Positions 18,996 through 27,277 of a DNA stretch of 36,037 bases are shown piece after piece. Both the position numbers and the translations under genes were made by a program. This stretch comes from Pseudobdellovibrionaceae bacterium. GTDB lineage: Bacteria; Bdellovibrionota; Bdellovibrionia; Bdellovibrionales; UBA1609. The DNA lies in contig JAUVAX010000026.1 of the NCBI GenBank assembly GCA_030591685.1, forward strand, positions 1-36,037, given 5' to 3'. Numbering within the stretch: position 1 is the first letter of the stretch; the number at the start of each line of letters is the position of its first letter. The notes beneath the pieces were generated by a model. That model worked only from the letters and a program-made list of their open reading frames with translations. It was not told the origin of the DNA and ran no database searches.

Positions 18996-19826
18996 TTAAA
19001 AAACATATAAGTAAAGATGTCCAAAGGCTGACTTTAGGGAAATACAAATGCCCTTTTTACCTTTAAGGTCATTTAAAACAGTATCGTTGGTGGGTACTAT
19101 TAATATTGACCCAAGACTCTCTTTAAAAAGGGTCTCGAAATGTGATTGAAGATTGCTGAAAATTATTTTAGTGGCAGCCTTCCCAACAATTAATGTAGAA
19201 AACTGATTACGCTGCCCTATCGACTCTGAGAGTTTTTCAAGTAATGAGCTCTCGTACATAAAAATAAAATTCGTACTCTTTTCATGAGTCTTGTTACTAT
19301 ATATTATCCCTGATTTACCCTTTAGGCTTTCTCCCTCAGGTTTTAAAATAGGGTTTTGCAAATCGGTAGGCTCAAACAAAACCTTAGATAAAAAACTGTT
19401 AGCAGATCGTGCAATGTCCTCAGAAAATTTAGACACACGGTACTGTTCAATGCCCTCTAAACCCAGTTGCTTGGAAAGCAAATCTATAAGTTTAAAATAA
19501 TTTACAGGGCGAACTGCGTTATGTACATTTTTATTTTTGGCTAAGCGGGGAGCACAGCTAGCCCCTTCGTTACTAATAAAAATAAAACTAGAGTCTTTAC
19601 TTTTAGGTAAGGCTTGAAGTTCAAAAACAAGCTTTGAGGGGGAAAAACCCTCAGCATCTCCGTCGGCTATGACAACGTGAAATTTTTGAATTCCAGCTTT
19701 TTTAATGGCTGAGTCCTGGCCAGGGGCGTGTATAGTTCTTGCTAGAGAGCCAAAGGCCTTAGCGATAAAGTAATCAATCAACTCTCTTTCTTTAGAGTCA
19801 CTGACTGTAACTAAGATATTTTTCAT
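18996..19826 (-). CDS. Degenerate REC-like plus CheX-like protein, paralogue of 18012..18878
   Basis: MKNILVTVSD...QKFHVVIADGD...FIFIS...RPVN; C-terminal ICISLKSAFGHLYLYV; ATG 19826 preferred over TTG 19847. Confidence 0.55.
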   Translation of the reverse strand: MKNILVTVSDSKERELIDYFIAKAFGSLARTIHAPGQDSAIKKAGIQKFHVVIADGDAEGFSPSKLVFELQALPKSKDSSFIFISNEGASCAPRLAKNKNVHNAVRPVNYFKLIDLLSKQLGLEGIEQYRVSKFSEDIARSANSFLSKVLFEPTDLQNPILKPEGESLKGKSGIIYSNKTHEKSTNFIFMYESSLLEKLSESIGQRNQFSTLIVGKAATKIIFSNLQSHFETLFKESLGSILIVPTNDTVLNDLKGKKGICISLKSAFGHLYLYVF

Positions 19827-19995
19827 ATGTGTCTCTGTATAATACAAACTACATACCCTTCTGCAAACGTTCCATAAAAAACAAGTCTTTAGATTTTAAC
19901 CCAATAAGTATTCATAAGCAATAAATCTTAAAGTTCACCCCGAAATGAAACTTGTTTTATCAAAAAGAAACATTAAATAAGTCACTATTAGACAA

Positions 19996-20538
19996 TTAAA
20001 GAATCAATCGTCTTAGCTCTGTTTGTGAGTACAGATAGTCCGCATATATCATTGTGTTTGTAACGTTTCTGTGGCCTAGAGCTACTTGTAAAAGTCGTAG
20101 GTCTTTAGTTTTTTTATAAAGGCGAATGGCAAAAGTATGCCTTAAACTATGAAACTTTTTATGAACAGGCCTATAGAGGTGCCAAACCTGAACAAGTCGA
20201 GAGTAGGATATAGGGAACATTAACCCTGAACATTTTTGAGGATCCAAAGAGCCCTTGAGCTGCAAAACGTGTTTAAATAACCATGAGGGCAGGGGGATTT
20301 CGCGATCATCACTGCCCTTGATCCCTCTTATATAGAGGCTCTCGTCGTACTCGTTAACGTCTTCGAGCCTGATATTAAGTAGCTCTGTAGCGCGCCCACC
20401 GGTGAGGAGTGCTAAATAAATCAAAACACAGTTTCTTTGATCTTGGTCAATAAAGCTGTCTAGTATATAGCAAAGCCTATCGTGCTCAGGCTCAACAAGG
20501 TATTTAGTTTTGTTTAATTGATACCTTTGTTGCCTCAT
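19996..20538 (-). CDS. Tyrosine recombinase, catalytic domain only (180 aa)
   Basis: Complete R-K-H-R-H-Y set: TGGRATE, GIKG, FHSLRHTFA, LGHRN, TMIY; no N-terminal core-binding domain. Confidence 0.92.
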   Translation of the reverse strand: MRQQRYQLNKTKYLVEPEHDRLCYILDSFIDQDQRNCVLIYLALLTGGRATELLNIRLEDVNEYDESLYIRGIKGSDDREIPLPSWLFKHVLQLKGSLDPQKCSGLMFPISYSRLVQVWHLYRPVHKKFHSLRHTFAIRLYKKTKDLRLLQVALGHRNVTNTMIYADYLYSQTELRRLIL

Positions 20539-20648
20539 AGGATTTCACCAATTTTTATACGCCGCGTATACCAGCCGAGTGGTGTGAAATAAAAGATAAA
20601 ACCCTCACTTTGACAAAGTTCATTAGTATAAAACTTGGCTACCAATTT

Positions 20649-20675
20649 TAAATAATTAAATAGCTTAATTATTTA
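20649..20675. repeat. Perfect 11-bp inverted repeat with 5-bp spacer
   Basis: TAAATAATTAA-atagc-TTAATTATTTA; a third copy of the arm at 20887-20897. Confidence 0.7.
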
Positions 20676-20932
20676 GTGTACTTAGCACTACAACTTATAA
20701 CTATAAGCTATAGCCTATTTTGATTTTAGGCATATGTCACCATGCATTTAATTTAATTCAATAAATCTAAATACTTAACTTGCCGCGTCTGATTTGGCGG
20801 ATGCCTTAAATATACATATCACAACTATAAATATTGTGAAACACTGTATCAAGTTGTGTTACGCAGCATGCAAGCAAGGTCGGGGTTTAATTATTTATAT
20901 AAACCCTCATCACCGACAAGCAGGGGGACAAA

Positions 20933-21484
20933 ATAGAAACCATTAAACCTAGAAAAGCCCATCTCTCAAAATATCAAAGGGGCGCATTACTTGATGCTCT
21001 TGATAATGCGAACCTTAACCAAGCACAAAACACCCCCCCTATAGCGCCTGATAGAGCACCAAAAAGTGCTTTAGGGCTTAAGTACGAAGCTGAGGTTCAG
21101 ATTATTACTGCAAAGCTAGGGGACTTAGAGCAAATCCGTACTAAACTAGGTGTTTCACGGCGTAAAATCTCACAATTACTTATGGTGGACCCGTCGGCTT
21201 GGACTCGGTGGTCTAAGCAGGGCAGAGCCCCCGCACATATTTATAGATCCTTACAGTGGTATATGGCCCTTATAGATAAGGACTCTGCCTGGCACCCACA
21301 AAACACGTTTAACACTCTTTCACGCTCATCTATTAACAATGAACTTTTGGTCATGAAAAAAACCATCCAACAACTACAACAAAACCTTAAAGCGCAAAAA
21401 CACACCAAATGGCCCCAAGCTTTAAGTTACTTTTTGGTTCTCTGTTTAGGGCTTTTAGGGGGCTTAGTTATTCAACAGCTTTAG
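20933..21484 (+). CDS. XRE/Cro-like HTH protein with coiled coil and C-terminal transmembrane helix; probable non-canonical start
   Basis: Frame is open from 20903. Tracked ATG 21182 falls inside the HTH (DLEQIRTKLGVSRRKISQLLMVDPSAWTRW). AGGGGG SD lies 5 nt before an in-frame ATA at 20933. C-terminus ALSYFLVLCLGLLGGLVI is hydrophobic. Confidence 0.7.
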   Translation: METIKPRKAHLSKYQRGALLDALDNANLNQAQNTPPIAPDRAPKSALGLKYEAEVQIITAKLGDLEQIRTKLGVSRRKISQLLMVDPSAWTRWSKQGRAPAHIYRSLQWYMALIDKDSAWHPQNTFNTLSRSSINNELLVMKKTIQQLQQNLKAQKHTKWPQALSYFLVLCLGLLGGLVIQQL

Positions 21485-21612
21485 TGCTGCCGGCTTTATT
21501 TTAAGGCTCGGGTATGAGTTTATAATTAAGTACTGTTTTTTAATAAAGTAGAGGCGCAGGATACTCGTAAAATCAGCCTTTAAGGTTTGAAATATAAAAA
21601 CGAGCTCAATTG

Positions 21613-24210
21613 TTATTGAATAACACCAAGCACAGTCATCTCTAGTTTTTGTTTTAAGGCCACGAGTTGGGTTAAAGAGTGAGAGTTCAGATGGGGCTCA
21701 AGCATATAGAGTGTTTTTAATAATTCGGTCGCCTCGCTGAGGTTAAGGGGGCGATTTTTTGTTTCGCCAATTGCGGGGGCATAGAAGTTTCTGCTTTTAC
21801 TCCAAAAAGTATGATTTAAATAATAATAATTTTCAATCGCTACCTTTTTGTAGAGGTCATTATTAAGATATTCAGAAAGCCTTAGTAGGGCCTGCATGGT
21901 CAATAACTGACTTTGCAGTGTTTTTACCGGTGCCCGTAGTACCTGTTTGGTTTCTAAATTAAAGCCCGCGTAAAATCCCTCGCCATTTAGGTAAAGTTTA
22001 TTTGTTAAAAAATTACCCATAGCTATAGAGAGAGCCCTTAAAGAGGCCTTGGCACTTAAAATCTCATCAAGGGCACTCGCTTGATTTGTTGTTAAGCTCG
22101 CGCCTGAAGCCTTTGTCGTAGGAGGGTTTAGTAAAAAGGAGGTTGTGTTTTCGACCCCCTCTATAGACTCAAGAAACTCCAATAGGCTTAGTAAAAAGAG
22201 GCTTGTGTCCTCTGTGTTAACGTTTAAAACCCTTTCAGAGTTAACTATGTCTACAACCCCGGCCATGGCCGCCGGGTGAGAAAGTGTGGAGTTTTTATTA
22301 CTCCAATGCCAATCGCCATCAAGGTTAATTAAAAATACCGGCGAGCCCGACTTATTTAAATTTTTAAATATACTTAAATTATTTACAAGCGCTATGGTGT
22401 ATGAAATGTCTTTAGGGAAGATGCTTTTGTTAAGGCTCTCTTTTGGCAGTTTTGTAAGTAACATATCAGCTGTTTTCGTTTCTAGGGTAGAGTTAAAAAT
22501 ATTATTCTCCCAATCTTTTAAAAACTGAGTAAACAGAGCCACGCCTTTGACTAATTTAGCCTGCGATCGAACTGTGGCGGTGGGTATGATTAAGGCCGGT
22601 TTAAATATTTCAAATCCGCTTTTAACCATAAAGGTATCGGGCATAAAAAAGGGCACATTACTTTCATTAAGAGCGTCTAAGCTGCTGTGCGTGATTTTGT
22701 TATGACTTTTAAAGATGGAGTACGAAGGGTAAGGCGTTTTGTCGGCCTGTTTATAACCTATCATTGGAAGAAGCTTATTGATCTGCGAAAATAACTCCAC
22801 CTCAATGTCAGCATTGCTTTTAGGGGTTTCATTTTTTAAATCAAAAGCGGTGAGAGCTAAAGAGCCCCCTATAACAGCTGATGACGTTGTTACGATGGAC
22901 TTGTCAATAGACGGCGGGGCTGTAGACTTACGGATTGACTCTATCGCCGGAAACAACTCTTTATTAAACCCCTCTTTAGACCACTGGCGGGCGCCATTTG
23001 TGATATAATTTGAATAGTCATTTTTTACTAGCGCGATTTCTGCGCGAAGAGCTGTCATCTCTATTTCTATTTGATCATATAATAAAAGCGGAACTTCTTT
23101 AAAAAAAGCAGCGGCTTTTTGTGAAACTTCGTTTTTTACATAGTCAGAAGCAGAGATGTTCACGGCCACTGCCAACTGCGTGAGTCCATAATCATGTAAC
23201 TCAGGCATTACAAATAGTCTTTTTGCTGTCTCTAAAAAGGGGTTAAAGCATATAGTTTTTTGTAGGCACTCTAGGCCCCCATCGCTTGTTTTAGATAAAT
23301 AATTGTATAGCTCTGGAGAGACCTTTTTAAAAGTGGCCCTCCTTTTAGTGTCATCCATTTGAGCCCATAATAATATTAAGGTTTTCAAAGCCTTTCCAGC
23401 TCCCTCATGGCTAATATCAATAGAAGCACCGATCTCCTCGGCCTGTGCTAATATGCCTGTATACTCTTCATTAAGCACAATGTTTGCAGATGAAATAATT
23501 TGCTTTACGATGATCACTATTTGAGAAAACTGCTCTTCCTTGTAAAGCTCTTCTGACTGTTCTTTGGCGGCGAACATCAGACTTTGAGTTTTTTGCTCAA
23601 TAGAGTTTATTATAGACTCACTAATATTGACGTCAATTCTATGATTATGCATTTTTAAATCAAACCATGTGATTAAATACTCAAACTTCTTCAGTGTCTC
23701 TGCTAAAGTGTTACTGGAGTCGGGCCATGGGAAGTTCTCATCTAAATGCTCTGTTAAAATATGTTTGAGTTTACTTAATTGTTTTTCAAGATGTTTGTCT
23801 AATAATGTGATAGATTTTATGGCTTCTTCTTCGGATTGGCCAATGAAGGCCGAAAGATAAGGGCTGTTTTCAAAGTTAAATATTGAGTAGTTATTAGAAT
23901 TATTGTAGAAATCATTTTTTAATTTTCTCCCGGTATTTAAATACGTTTTATTTTTTGTTAAATCATAGAGTGTAAATAAATTTATAGTTAAATCAAAATA
24001 GGTGTCTGTATCCGACAAAGGGGTTTTGTTTTGAATTTCTAGGCTAATATCTTTTAATGACTCTAAATCTAAAACTTGATCCTTTAAGGTCGTGTTGTCA
24101 AAAAGACTGACCTTTTCAAAATCATTTGATGGGACTTGAGGTTTGCACGAAACAGTAACACTTAAAAATAGTGCCGCAAGTAATAAGTATTTAATTTTAT
24201 ATCTGTGCAT
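21613..24210 (-). CDS. Large hypothetical lipoprotein (865 aa), possible alpha/alpha-toroid segments
   Basis: Lipobox VTVSC; helical hairpin motifs LFTLYDLTKNKTYL and ALLRLSEYLNNDLYKKVA...FWSKSRNFY. Confidence 0.7.
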   Translation of the reverse strand: MHRYKIKYLLLAALFLSVTVSCKPQVPSNDFEKVSLFDNTTLKDQVLDLESLKDISLEIQNKTPLSDTDTYFDLTINLFTLYDLTKNKTYLNTGRKLKNDFYNNSNNYSIFNFENSPYLSAFIGQSEEEAIKSITLLDKHLEKQLSKLKHILTEHLDENFPWPDSSNTLAETLKKFEYLITWFDLKMHNHRIDVNISESIINSIEQKTQSLMFAAKEQSEELYKEEQFSQIVIIVKQIISSANIVLNEEYTGILAQAEEIGASIDISHEGAGKALKTLILLWAQMDDTKRRATFKKVSPELYNYLSKTSDGGLECLQKTICFNPFLETAKRLFVMPELHDYGLTQLAVAVNISASDYVKNEVSQKAAAFFKEVPLLLYDQIEIEMTALRAEIALVKNDYSNYITNGARQWSKEGFNKELFPAIESIRKSTAPPSIDKSIVTTSSAVIGGSLALTAFDLKNETPKSNADIEVELFSQINKLLPMIGYKQADKTPYPSYSIFKSHNKITHSSLDALNESNVPFFMPDTFMVKSGFEIFKPALIIPTATVRSQAKLVKGVALFTQFLKDWENNIFNSTLETKTADMLLTKLPKESLNKSIFPKDISYTIALVNNLSIFKNLNKSGSPVFLINLDGDWHWSNKNSTLSHPAAMAGVVDIVNSERVLNVNTEDTSLFLLSLLEFLESIEGVENTTSFLLNPPTTKASGASLTTNQASALDEILSAKASLRALSIAMGNFLTNKLYLNGEGFYAGFNLETKQVLRAPVKTLQSQLLTMQALLRLSEYLNNDLYKKVAIENYYYLNHTFWSKSRNFYAPAIGETKNRPLNLSEATELLKTLYMLEPHLNSHSLTQLVALKQKLEMTVLGVIQ

Positions 24211-24220
24211 GCGTAGTCCT

Positions 24221-25450
24221 TTAAAAAAACATCATTAACCAAAGAGAATAATTAATATTTTTTGCCGTATTAATACCTGTAATTACATTAGAAGCTGAAA
24301 ACCAAACAGTCATGGGTAAGAGTGCTTGTTTTTTAAAGTAAGCCTCTACGGTGCTGTATGAGATCTCCATGTCGACCCCGCTGGACTCTCTATTTGTGCC
24401 TTCTGTTAAAAAACTGTAGTCACTTATGGGTCCGTTTGTATGCCTGTCTTTTCGTTTGTTGATGTACTCATATCCAAAGCCTAAGGAGAACTTGTTTGAT
24501 ATTTTCTTTGCAATACTTAAATTTAATGTAAGTTGCTCGCCTCCAAGTACTGTAAGCACCTGTTTTGTTTCTGGCCCTGGTAAAAAATCGGATTCATCCG
24601 CCGGAATGCGTACTGCTTTTTTTGTTGGAAATATTAATTTATACCCCACAGCCCCTACAAACTCATATAAACTTTCTGATTTTTTTGAAAATATAAATTT
24701 CTCTTCGATGGAGGTTTCGGCAAACCCTTCTGGGTCTGTAAGGTCATCGGGGTTATCTTTAGGTCCTGTTGGTAAAGTAATGAGAGTTTTAGATGTGTAT
24801 TGAGATTTTTCATCAGAGTAAAACTTATAAAGACTCGTGATTTTAAAGTCCCCCCAAATAGATTTTTTATAACTCTTTAAAGGAGCGAGTTTCTTTTCAT
24901 TAAAATGTTGATTGATGGTCTCAATTCCATCAACGTCAAGCTGATCAAAGGCCGCATCGAGTTCATTTGATAAACCGTAGAGCTGACCTCTGATGTCATT
25001 AATATTAGAGCCTACGTGATCTAGATTAATCTTGTAATCGAACTGCATAAAGGGCGACGTAAATGCAAGAGTCCATTTATCTGTGATCCCACGAGCATAA
25101 ACTGGGGCGTAGTAGCTCACGTTAGGGTTGATATCTATAAAGATCTTTCCTAGATGCAACTTCTCACCAAACTGGTAGGGGCCAAATTGGTTTAAAGTCG
25201 CTTGTAATGTTTCAAACTGAGGATTCATTGCAGTCAGTATTTCAGAGCTGAGTTCAATTGATTTTGCATCCTTTAACGACGTTAACTGGCCCTGACTGTT
25301 AAACTGATGAGTGAGTCCATCAATACGCCCCGTGATCAAAGATACGCTGTTGACCCCCTTAGGGAGTACAGTAGGGGATTCTAAAAAGCCATGTGACAAC
25401 GGGCTTAAAACCATAAGGCTCATATATATAAGTATTTTTTTGATTAACAT
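24221..25450 (-). CDS. Putative outer-membrane beta-barrel protein
   Basis: Signal peptide; YARGITDKWTL, WGDFKI, TLPTG motifs; C-terminal YSLWLMMFF; 10 bp from the lipoprotein gene. Confidence 0.7.
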   Translation of the reverse strand: MLIKKILIYMSLMVLSPLSHGFLESPTVLPKGVNSVSLITGRIDGLTHQFNSQGQLTSLKDAKSIELSSEILTAMNPQFETLQATLNQFGPYQFGEKLHLGKIFIDINPNVSYYAPVYARGITDKWTLAFTSPFMQFDYKINLDHVGSNINDIRGQLYGLSNELDAAFDQLDVDGIETINQHFNEKKLAPLKSYKKSIWGDFKITSLYKFYSDEKSQYTSKTLITLPTGPKDNPDDLTDPEGFAETSIEEKFIFSKKSESLYEFVGAVGYKLIFPTKKAVRIPADESDFLPGPETKQVLTVLGGEQLTLNLSIAKKISNKFSLGFGYEYINKRKDRHTNGPISDYSFLTEGTNRESSGVDMEISYSTVEAYFKKQALLPMTVWFSASNVITGINTAKNINYSLWLMMFF

Positions 25451-25467
25451 GACTATTTAGAAACATT

Positions 25468-25482
25468 ACAAATTTGGTGCCA
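25468..25482 (-). promoter_or_regulatory. sigma54-like promoter (imperfect -12)
   Basis: Minus strand TGGCAC-caaat-TTGT. Confidence 0.4.
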
Positions 25483-25625
25483 TGCTGCCTGATAAGAGAG
25501 GCCCTTTTAACATGTCTCAAGGTGATAATAAGTACAGACCGGTGACAATTTTTAGCGCTTGAAAAAAGTTAAAATCGACCTCACACCACTTTAAACAAAC
25601 AGTCGTTTAAGATTGCTGACGGGCT

Positions 25626-25652
25626 TAAGTTCTACTGACCTTTTGTCGATAT
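25626..25652 (+). promoter_or_regulatory. sigma28 (FliA)-type promoter
   Basis: TAAG-N15-GTCGATAT, about 30 bp upstream of 25681. Confidence 0.65.
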
Positions 25653-25680
25653 ATCTCATAACAAGTCAGGAGATATATTT

Positions 25681-26139
25681 TTGGGCCAGAAACTTAGGTT
25701 ATTCATAGTTCTCGGTATATTTGGGCTTCTAGTAAGTCCATTTACGAACTGCGCCTCCTCAATTGATCAGGGCCAGGACCTGTCAGCAAACGAGCTTTGC
25801 ACTACTGATTGTGAAAGCAATTCTCCGCAATTAGAAATTAAATTCCATTTGGAGTCTTATAAACTCACAGGTGACAAGAGGAGCATTGAAGTGGGAGGCT
25901 TTTGTAACGAAGGTCCTTTTTATAACTCTAATGGTTCAATTCATATTCAGTGGGGTCTTGTAATCCCTGGAGTTGGTGCTCAGCTCCAAAATAACATCGT
26001 AACCTGTGAAAATGGGTATTTCAAAATCGAAATTATACACACTGCAGACCTTACTCAGCATGGCCTTAATGTCACAATTGTTGGCACAAGCTCTAATGGA
26101 AACACCCAAGAGGCCACTCATAGTCTCAATATTTTTTAA
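25681..26139 (+). CDS. Hypothetical lipoprotein (FxNC-type lipobox), Ig-like beta-rich
   Basis: AGGAG SD and TTG start; LLVSPFTNC; paired cysteines. Confidence 0.7.
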   Translation: MGQKLRLFIVLGIFGLLVSPFTNCASSIDQGQDLSANELCTTDCESNSPQLEIKFHLESYKLTGDKRSIEVGGFCNEGPFYNSNGSIHIQWGLVIPGVGAQLQNNIVTCENGYFKIEIIHTADLTQHGLNVTIVGTSSNGNTQEATHSLNIF

Positions 26140-27239
26140 TTACTTTTTATATTCTTTTTTGAACGGACCGATGACAGCGTCCTCCATGGCCTTAAGCGCA
26201 GCTTATGATTAAGCCCCTTTAAAGCTTCTATCCACGTAGATTCATACCCAAAATGAGAGTAGGGGACTGTTATTTTGCTTAGCTGTATGTGTCTTAAAAA
26301 ATTGGCCTGCATTTGTGGGTTGTTTTTATTTTTTAGTGTTAAGTTCACAGTCGGGTGATTATTGGCCTGAGACATATACTGGCTCCCCTCTTTGGTGAGT
26401 AAGTAATTTAAAAACTTATAGGACAAGTCTAATTTAGTTGTGGCTTCGTTAATACTAAACGTAAAAATCATTAATGTTGCCTTTTCGTCTGGTAAGAACA
26501 CTTCAAAGCGATCATTGAGTTTTACAAAATCATGTCCATTTTTGATATTAGTTTGAAAAACAATATTTTTGGAGCTTTCAAGTGGAGCTTTTGGCGGAAG
26601 AAATGAAGTTTTTTTAAAAAAATGCTGGAGTGCGGTTTGAATCTTTTGAGTCTGTCCCGTTTTAACCCATTGCTTAATAACATACCCTAAACGTGTACTT
26701 AAAAAATAAATATCATCAGGTTCAGAGGAAATATATAATTTAGGTGTTAATTTTTTTTCACTCATCATTGTCTTTAAGCTGGTGGCTCTGATTTGTTTGT
26801 CTTTAACAAAAAAATCAATGTCCCACAGTACGGGCATCGCTATTTTGAAAAAATCATTGTTAAGCTGACTAAAATCAGATGAAATATTTTTACTGTTTTT
26901 GATGCGATCAAAATCAAGTTTTAATTTATATTTAGAGCTTTTAATAAAGTTAGAGTTGTATGTGGCCCCCTGTACTAAATCAAAATTATTTTTAGGATTC
27001 AATATTTTTTTTATAAGATCAAATGAGTTTTGCGCTAATGTGATATGGATTTTAATATTATGTTTAGACTCAAAATCATCAATAACCACTTGAGGTATGA
27101 AGTTTTTCTCTGTTAAAACCTTTAAGTGGCCTAAGTGTTTACTTTCATTTTTATTTTCTGTTAACTTTAAGCCCCAACCTACGCCTAACAAAAACGAGAA
27201 TGGGATTAAAAAAAACAAACCCTTCCAACTATTAATCAT
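26136..27239 (-). CDS. PotD-like extracellular solute-binding protein
   Basis: FIPQVVIDDFESKHNIKI, FDLV, LKLDFDRIKNSKNIS, DLSYKFLNYLL; N-terminal membrane anchor. Confidence 0.7.
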   Translation of the reverse strand: MINSWKGLFFLIPFSFLLGVGWGLKLTENKNESKHLGHLKVLTEKNFIPQVVIDDFESKHNIKIHITLAQNSFDLIKKILNPKNNFDLVQGATYNSNFIKSSKYKLKLDFDRIKNSKNISSDFSQLNNDFFKIAMPVLWDIDFFVKDKQIRATSLKTMMSEKKLTPKLYISSEPDDIYFLSTRLGYVIKQWVKTGQTQKIQTALQHFFKKTSFLPPKAPLESSKNIVFQTNIKNGHDFVKLNDRFEVFLPDEKATLMIFTFSINEATTKLDLSYKFLNYLLTKEGSQYMSQANNHPTVNLTLKNKNNPQMQANFLRHIQLSKITVPYSHFGYESTWIEALKGLNHKLRLRPWRTLSSVRSKKNIKSN

Positions 27240-27277
27240 AGCTTATTATACGGTGAAGGCCACACGTTTGAAAAGGG

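Noticed and set aside
19996..21484. Prophage or integrative element suggested by integrase plus HTH
   Set aside because: No phage, conjugation or replication genes, no tRNA target and no flanking att direct repeats seen.
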